A stretch of 64,000 nt of DNA from Macrostomum hystrix (taxonomy: Eukaryota > Animalia > Platyhelminthes). Shown in pieces: positions 56,163 to 64,000 of the stretch; the stretch's first letter is position 1, and the number at the start of each line of letters is the position of its first letter. The position numbers and the translations under genes are program-made. The stretch lies in assembly GCA_950097015.1 (NCBI GenBank), contig CATNEN010000039.1, forward strand, positions 17,546,001 to 17,610,000, read 5' to 3'. The notes below the pieces were generated by a model. That model saw nothing but the letters and a program-made list of their open reading frames with translations. It was not told where the DNA came from and did no database searches.

Positions 56163-56921
56163 ATTTTAGTTTGTATTGAACTTCGTGCAAGTCAGTTTTT
56201 CTTCTTTTTTTGTCAGTTTTTATTGATGTAAGTATACAGTGGGCCAATCACACTGATTGGTTTAAATTTTAGGAAATTCGAATCAAACACTTGTGTAAAG
56301 TAGCAGTCAATGTGGCGCCAAGAGCAGTATCTGTGCAAGTCAAACTTTAACAGAGACATATTTATTATTGAAATATGTAGCGCTTGTTTCATTAACAACA
56401 CTCTAATATTTTTATATAATTCATAATAGGACTTTGATTGAATTTTTTTATAGAATCTGATAATCAAATGACGACTTGGACACTAACTTTAAAGCTGTTC
56501 TTCTATGTGGAGAGCTGCAAACAGTTTGTAAACTTTTTAAACCTCACAATCAAGCTTTAGTCCTGAATTGTACCTTGATTTCTTAAATATGCCTTGATTT
56601 TTGTTGTTGGCAGTGTAGAACCTGAAATCAATATAGGGCAAAAGGTAATTGTTGATAGACTCAATTTTTAATTGAATAATTCACTCATAAAACTATTTAG
56701 TCCAAATATGAATATGGACATGGATATGGATATAAGAGACACTTGGCAGTTACAATGTACCAATGTGAATATACCAGTCATGGCCTATGGCAAACTTGCA
56801 ATTGTTAAGCACTGTTTTGGCACTTTTGACAAAATTTATATAAGTCATAGCTAAATTATCATATAAAATGTGGCATAACTGGCAAACCTAAAGTAACTAT
56901 GCCAAGTGGCTCTTATGATCG

Positions 56922-57304
56922 TGTATTAGGCCAATTAGGGATGCTTCTATGTAAATCAAATCGGTACCATTATTTTGTTTGAATTTTTAACTTGTCAAAT
57001 AGTATTTACATGTAAAATATTATGCATATTCTATATAATATATTTGTTTTAACAAAATAGATTTTTGCATATAAGTGGTTGCAATTTCTGTACAACGAAA
57101 CAACATGTGCTAGTGTGGTAAAAAGCAAAAAGAAGCTTTAACTGTGTAGGCCTAACATGTTGAAAATAAGTGTTAAAGTGTTAAGTTGGTTATTTGTGGC
57201 TAAGACCCTCTAATCTGCAAAAAACACCCAGCCAAGAGTGGTGTTCAAAGGGCCTTAGTGAGACCACTCTTGCCAAGTGATACACTACCAACATAGTTGC
57301 CACA
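56922..57304 (+). mobile_element. Old, degenerate solo LTR related to the Gypsy LTR at 35544
   Basis: Colinear matches: TAGGGATGCTT, GTTGGTTATTTG(T/A)GGCT..GACCCTCT, CCCAGC, AGTGATAC(A/G)CTACCA. Confidence 0.75.
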
Positions 57305-59761
57305 GGTTGTGAAGAAATTAGTAGCGCAGAAAGGTAAAAATAGCGCAGGTTCACCCAAATGACAAAACGTGCGATATATATGACCCCCTTTGCTGCCCAG
57401 CCCCCCGCCCACGCCCAACTGCTTCTTTCTCTCCCTCTTACTGACTGTCATCCAGACAATGACAGCAAAAGGCAGCATAAATTAATGTGCACTGAATAAG
57501 AAACCTGTTTATTTTTTAGCAAAAAATTGATTTGTCTCAGAAGGGTTTTAAGTATAAAGGGAGGGGGAAGAAATCCAGACAGAAGACATCCATGGGGTGG
57601 GCCTTAATCCTTTTTAGTCTTTGGGTAGAAAAGTGGACGAGGGAGAGATTCACAGCCCAGCCAATAGCAAGTGAGCTGTGGCGTTTGACTTTAAAGTTGG
57701 GGTAAGAGAAGCGTCGAAATAAACATGGGGTTACACCAGGGGTCGGCAATCTAACTGCAACCCCTCCTCCAGAGACTTCTAGAAATAACGACTAGACCCG
57801 CAAGCCGCAAGGCACAGTGATGACTAATGTTTTCCTTGCAAGTTGAGGCTGGCATTTTTAGGGGCAGATGGAAGTGCACAAACTTGTTTACTGAAGCCAG
57901 AGACTTCTAGAAGTAACAGCTTTGTTATTTCTAGAAGTCTCTGCCCCTCCTCCAATGTACAGTATCAGTCTGGCGAGAGAAAAACAATTGCATAAAGCTT
58001 AACTTGTGACAGAAATCACACTTCAGCGCAGAATTGGTCATGTTTTGCAAATAGTAGCGCAATAGTGCAGGCAATTGAGAATAGCACAGCTGCGCTAAAA
58101 TAGCGCAGCAGTGGCAACTATGACTACCAATAGCAAGAAAGATAAAGTGAAAAGCCATGCTACAATTGTGTTTGACTGTTGGTAATTTGGTAATATTGTT
58201 GCATAGTTGCACTACTGAGCCTGGTTGGCCACACCTGCTAGTAGAGATATAGCATTCAAAGGCAACGGTTAACTACCTGGCTAGAATTGACATTAGGCCC
58301 CCCTACAACCAGTCTAAAAGCTGTTGAATCATAATCACTATAAGTTAAAGGGATAGTCCAGATTGGTCCAGACATTTTTCTGTTACAAAACATCAACAAG
58401 GTACACCTCCTTGTGTCATTGACACTGACAACCAATGCATCCTGCAAGGACTAACCAATACATATTGCTTACAGCATAACTAATTTTTTTGGCCTCTAGA
58501 AGACTAATCTTGGTCTGTTTCCTTTATGTCTATAGGGTTTTCCCTCTGCTCCTTCCTATATAGAGCAACCAAATATACTATTATGGTCCGTTCCAAGGTC
58601 ATAAAATAGACTAGCACAATAAAGTCTAAACATAACAGATACATTCACAACAACTTTTATAATAGAGTTCATTTTCATTGCCATATTTCTTTTCTACTTA
58701 TTATTGTGTCCCATTTGCTGTTTTTCTATTAAACTTTTTTCTATCTCAAGCAAATGTATATATGCAACATTTCCATTGTTTTCATTTCTTTATGTTCCAA
58801 TTTGAGATTACTTAAAAGTTTGATTCGATTATGATTGTGATTAATTGGCAACTTTTTACAATTTGTTTTGCTCCTTTTAAATTGTGTTTTGTACAAAATG
58901 TATGTACAAACACAAAGTGTACCAGAGAGGCTCAAATTCAGACCCAAATAGGATAGAAGTGAAATAATTCAGTTTGAGATTGATTTTCTGTTAATGTTTC
59001 CAAAATTGAAGGTCAATGTGACAAAGTCGTAGGCTTACCTTAGCTTACCTGTTAGATTGAATAAGAAGGAAAGATAAATAATAGGGCCTAATAATGAAAT
59101 AAGGGGTCATTTACCAAATGAGAAGAAAGGAAACTCTAAACAAAAGTTTTTAATGTGTGTGGAGACTAGGCACTTTTAATCCATTGGAAGCCTATAGAGA
59201 CTGGGTAAATTACCTATAGTTAGAGATTTATAGTTGGGTGTCTTGCCACTCTGACAGCCATTATACACCACCTGAAGGAAGCTGAAAGCTAATTTATTCA
59301 GGCAAATGGCATAAATCATTTGAATAGATTACATGTATGATAAATACATAAAATTTGTATCATTTGAACTAAGCATTTTGTGCAAAGGTTGGCCCTAAGG
59401 AAATACATTCATATATATATGTATACAAATTAAATGATTATCCAAAAAATTGTTAGAAAGTTTCTAATAGGCCTAGCTGACAGAGGTCTACCAAATCTTA
59501 AAATATCATAGCCGCCCTGCCGCCTAAACCAAAAGTCAAGTATGTTTATATAAATCCGAAATTTAACAAAACGAGAATCTTGGAAAACTCGAAATTCAAC
59601 AATATGCATTATAACAATACGGCATGCGAAATATTAGCCACTATACTTTATTCTTAGTTCTATTCAGTATTTACTTTGCATATTTATTTATTTTTGCACT
59701 AATATATTGTATTCTGAAATAACAAAGTAGAACCTTGCTTTTAACTCTAGTCTTGACACTT

Positions 59762-60073
59762 GAAGAGGTTAAGTAGCCTAGTAGTTAGGGCGTCGGACTC
59801 ACGACTTGAAGGTTGGGGGTTCGATTCCCAACTCCACTGGAACAATTTGTGTCCTTTAGCAAGACTTAACTCTGCATTGCTTCAGTTCACCCAAGCTGTT
59901 AAATGGGTACCAGCATTAGCTGAGATAATTGAAGGTGGGTGTGGCGTCCCCCCAGTCAATGGACTGAACACAGCTGTACGCAGCCTTCAGATGCGCCACG
60001 CATTAGCTGCGGCTGTGCTGTCGGCTGCACATCGGACCCAATTGGGGCAGGCGTAATCAATTATTAATTATTA
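59762..60073 (+). mobile_element. Full-length tRNA-derived CORE-like SINE family A
   Basis: A box TAGCCTAGTAG, B box GGTTCGATTCC, CORE-like TGTGTCCTTTAGCAAGACTTAACTCTGCATTGCTTCAGTTCACCCAAGCTGTTAAATGGGTACC, (ATT)n tail, 9-bp TSD TTGACACTT. Confidence 0.88.
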
Positions 60074-61739
60074 TTGACACTTTAATTTGATTGGTTAGTT
60101 CTGTATGCGTACACCTGTGTATTATTTACTATATTTATCTAACACACTGTCGAACCGATTTGTTATTATACTAAAAATGTTTTCAGCAGAGCCTTGCCGC
60201 TGCCCATCCCTTACCAGGAGTTTAAAAGTGCAGCCGATAGAACCCATAAATAACATTGAATAACTAAACCCGATTAAAACCTGATCAGATCCTAAGTCGC
60301 CAAACAATTTAATAAATTGTCGTCTAATTACTAAATAAGGAAAATAAATAAGAAAATCGGAATAAAGCAAGTCATTTCTCGGTAAGTCGAAACTTCTTGG
60401 AATAACATTTAATTTATTTTCAGTAACAACTAAAAAAGTGCTCTTAACAGTTTTATGAATAAAATAAAAAAAATAATTTTTATCAAACACATTGACATAT
60501 ACAGGGCTCTAAACTAAAAAACTGTAAAAAAGTTGATAGTTTTGTTTTACCTAAAAAGCGTTATTAACGATATCCAAAAATTACTATTTTAAGCTTAAGC
60601 TTAAGAAAGACACTTAAAGTACTCCTGCTAAATGGTATATATTAGACGAATATTAATTATTTCTGCTCCCCGAAGGGGGGCAAAACTTGCTAGTCATTAT
60701 TCTAATTTCCACACAACTTCGTCACAATTAGGCAACTAATTCAGAAAATAATTTCTTTTCGTCGTGCAATCATACGAGTTTCCCTAAATCGTAGTTCCCA
60801 TTTAGTGTGATCGTTAACGGTCGACTTAGAGTATGCTTACTAACTCACAAGAGTAAGGTTCAGAATAGCTAGGGCCTAATTCACAAGCTTCTATATGCGA
60901 ATGCGTGTAAATAAATAATTTGCTGACAGTATAATGTCAGGAATTCGATCGAATGTACCTAAAATTGAATAAAATGGCAGGAAGACGTATTTACCTAAAA
61001 ATAGAATAAAATAGCAGTAATTAAGACGTATGCGTACCTAAAAAAGAACGGGGCGTCCGATGAGGCAAATTAAAAAAAGACGTCATATTTGTCAAAATTG
61101 GAATTTAGTTTAGTGAAAAGGTTATTAGCCTAAAAATAAAAATAAAGAAAAATGAAAGAGCGAAGTTTTTGAAGCCATCAGCAAGCAATATAAAAACGGC
61201 GTGAGAGCAATGCAGACAAAAGAGTAATTAAAGTGCGCTAATTAATTAAGGTAATAAAATAAAAGAAGCGTACATTTTATCAGTGGATGGAGCCAAAACT
61301 AAACGACTGCGATACGAGCGCAAAAACTGAAAAAAGGGGGCAGTTAAAAAACTACGAAAAGAAAAATAAAGAATTTGTCACGCGGACAGACCAGGAGAGA
61401 CAAAGAAAGCAGCTAGATAGAGAGCAAAAAGCTGGACTGCACGGCATCGGGCGGCCAGCAGATATAGACACAGAATTGTGCGGAAGTTGCCTAGAAAGGC
61501 TTCGACTCAGGCCCCAACAGCGATTCCCGATTCCGTGATTGATCAATTAGCTAACAACAGCGGTCTGGCTTGATACAATAATAGCAGACACAACCCTTTA
61601 TATTCAGCATTACACGGCAGCAATTACATTTAATTACTAATGTGGATTGTGAATTGGTAAAAACAATTTTTACTGTTTATAGTCATTTTTACCACTGGTG
61701 TGCATGGCCCTTTTGCGCGATTCTTCCCGTCGTATCCCT

Positions 61740-62340
61740 CCTGATTGAAGCCGGAGCTTGAGCTCGATACAGCTGGGACTGCTGGAGGCGCCGACTTCGG
61801 TGATTTGCTGCCCTTCAACCAGCGACAGCACCCACCTCTCTTTCAGAGACGCCTGAAGTCGGCGGCCGCCAACTGGGACTTGTTCTGTGCCACCCTGGAG
61901 CAGTCCCTGCAAAACAAAGCTTCATTGTCGACGATGATTCTCAGGTAGCCAAAGAGCAGTTTCGGCGGAGTCATCCTGGAAGCCGTCAAGATCGTCATCC
62001 CGACAGGAATCTGCAAGGCCAAACAACACTTCTGTCCGCCCGAAACCAGGGCGTCGTGACAGCGCCCCGGACGACGCGGAGATTGTCATTTTCGACGCCA
62101 TCGACCGGACGTGTTTTTGGACTGCAAATGGAGACGCTGACTTGACTTCATTGAAAAAAACTCGGTCCGAAATGCCATCAGCTGCTCTCGACTTTGGAAA
62201 ATGGTCAAATGCTTACGGGTGTTGAAAGCCCAGCTCAACGCCCGGCTCCGTTTCAGCAGCCGCTTCACTAAGTCCGACAAAAAAAGCTGCTCTATGCTCA
62301 ATAAAATGTTTGCCTGCCCACGCGCTTGCCGATCGCATGG
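61740..62340 (+). mobile_element. Highly degenerate LINE ORF2 fragment (region between endonuclease and RT)
   Basis: AANWDLFCATLEQ..FGGVILEAVKIVIPTG resembles the ADW..F..L ..F..IL.AA..IP.G linker; contains stops and frameshifts. Confidence 0.5.
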
Positions 62341-62679
62341 AGCTTCTTTCACAGCGTCAATAGAAACGCCAGAAAAATCTCATTGTACGGGGCTCAGTTC
62401 TGCAGTTCTCCTCAGTCGACGTCGCCACGGTGGATGGTGATGGAGAAAATTAGGAACAAAGGAAGTTAAGATAAGGGGTGCGATGTAAAAATTGAGGATT
62501 TGGGTAGAAGAGATAGATGTGGGAAAGTGGCTGATATCTCGGCCGGTATAACCCTCTGCACATTAGAAGCGACAATTGAAAATTGGACGATGCATGAACT
62601 GTCGTCAGTAATCGTGGGGACAATTGTCTCCCATGCATTCACATATAAATCCATGGTTGCCGTAATCTTTATTAAAAAT

Positions 62680-62954
62680 TATAAAATTGCAGGAGGGCTG
62701 CGGGCTCATCATTTGGTGACACTATCGATCCGCAGCCAGCGAGGAGGCCCTGACTTTCTAATCTACAGGCAGTGTACACTTTCACTGTGCCTTGGAGGTT
62801 GGCCCTCAAGGGCGTATATTGCACGACAAGCCCCCAAGCCATCTCTTTAAGGCTGCGGTTCGGATATGGCCTCGCCACGGAATCGAAGCTCAGGGACATT
62901 TACGCGACAGGCGACGACAGGCAAACGCGTTAGCCGCTCTGCCAGTGACCCCCC
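62680..62954 (-). mobile_element. SINE family B copy
   Basis: AGGAGGGCTGCGGG..TTTGGTGACACTA..TGGCCTCGCCACGGAATCGAAGCTCAG..GCAAACGCGTTAGCCGCTCTGCCA. Confidence 0.8.
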
Positions 62955-64000
62955 TGCCATGATCTTTGGGACTGCTTTAAAATCTAATTGGCTTTTGAAG
63001 TTCATATTGCTCAAATAATTTTTATAGCAAATATGAAATAATCAATGAAGCCTATTATTTTATTTCATGTCGCTACTGCTTTTAAAAGGGGCAGTTGAAG
63101 TTGCTGTTTTTACTGTTCATTTCCTCGAATGTTTTTTCTTTTCTCAATTGGCTTTTAATTAAAAGATTCCTAGCATTTCCATTTTCCACTGAGATACGGG
63201 TTCACATGATCGATGACCTTTCGCACGGTGTAGATTTAATGAACTTTTTATCACTGCAGATACCTGACAGGCTAGAGCTCGCATGCACGCGGCCAAGTGC
63301 ATTACGGCAGCATAAGCTGAATTATTACTCGTATAATGCTATACTAGCTAGTCAAAAACGCAACCTCGCACGTTCCAATACCTCGTTTGCACATTTTTTG
63401 TCTAGATAAAAAACTTTAGCTTAAAGAAGACTGACTGTATGGAGACAGCCGAGATCGTAAACAAACCCTGGTATATTTGCATGTCGGGGTCGATATCAAT
63501 TATCGATTGTTTCGATATGATTTCGTTTAATTTTTGCCTTTTTTATTAAATCGTTATCAATGTTCCCTCTGCTTTTTTTAGGACTATGAAATTTTATTTT
63601 AGGCTGAATATGCTTGACTAGACATGGCAGAAGTAAGACGTTTGATTAGGCTGGCCCGTCTAATTTTGGTCCAGGTGCGGTTACGTCATATGAAGCTAGC
63701 GCACATTTTATTTAGAAGACGAGTCTTTCCTGTACGCCTGTCCTAGGCCACAAGTGACACGCGCAAGTGACGATTTCGTGCAGGCCAACAAACACGAGGG
63801 CCGGCCGGTCAAAACAACCGAAGCCGATCACGCTTTCTGCGCGTGCTCGTCTGAGGGCTTGGCCTCAGATTGTGGCCTCATGTACAGCGAGTTTATCGAT
63901 CGCCAGGGGTCCGCCCCGCACACGCTCGACCCGAATTCCAGTCTAAACAGGTTTTGTGCTTTACATGCCGCTCCACTGTTTTCTCACTCACCAACTCGGC

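Noticed and set aside
59765-59840. Possible tRNA gene
   Set aside because: It is the head of a SINE (continues into CORE-like body, tail and TSD); the acceptor stem is not intact.

Overview
Eukaryotic (invertebrate animal) genomic DNA with spliceosomal GT-AG introns, tRNA-derived SINEs, degenerate LINE fragments, MITEs and about ten minisatellite arrays. The overall style suggests a flatworm such as Macrostomum, but that is an inference only. Genes supported from the sequence: a two-exon secreted Ly6/three-finger-like protein; a large single-coding-exon ankyrin-repeat TRP-type channel with a TRPM-like C-terminus; three paralogous 3-exon genes for secreted PAN/apple + ConA/LamG-like proteins; a 7-exon CYP20-type P450 whose first intron holds a young, complete Ty3/Gypsy element (384-bp LTRs, 4-bp TSD, -1 frameshift signal, RT motif YIED); an XLF/NHEJ1 homologue; and two divergent BIR-like genes. 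The most striking signal is in the PAN-LamG triplet. About 600 bp inside the middle exon is ~99% identical in all three copies, while the flanking exons are strongly diverged and the introns are unalignable, suggesting a lectin-like family with a constant cassette maintained by gene conversion and variable ends. No prokaryotic features or CRISPR arrays were seen. All alignments and counts were done by eye.
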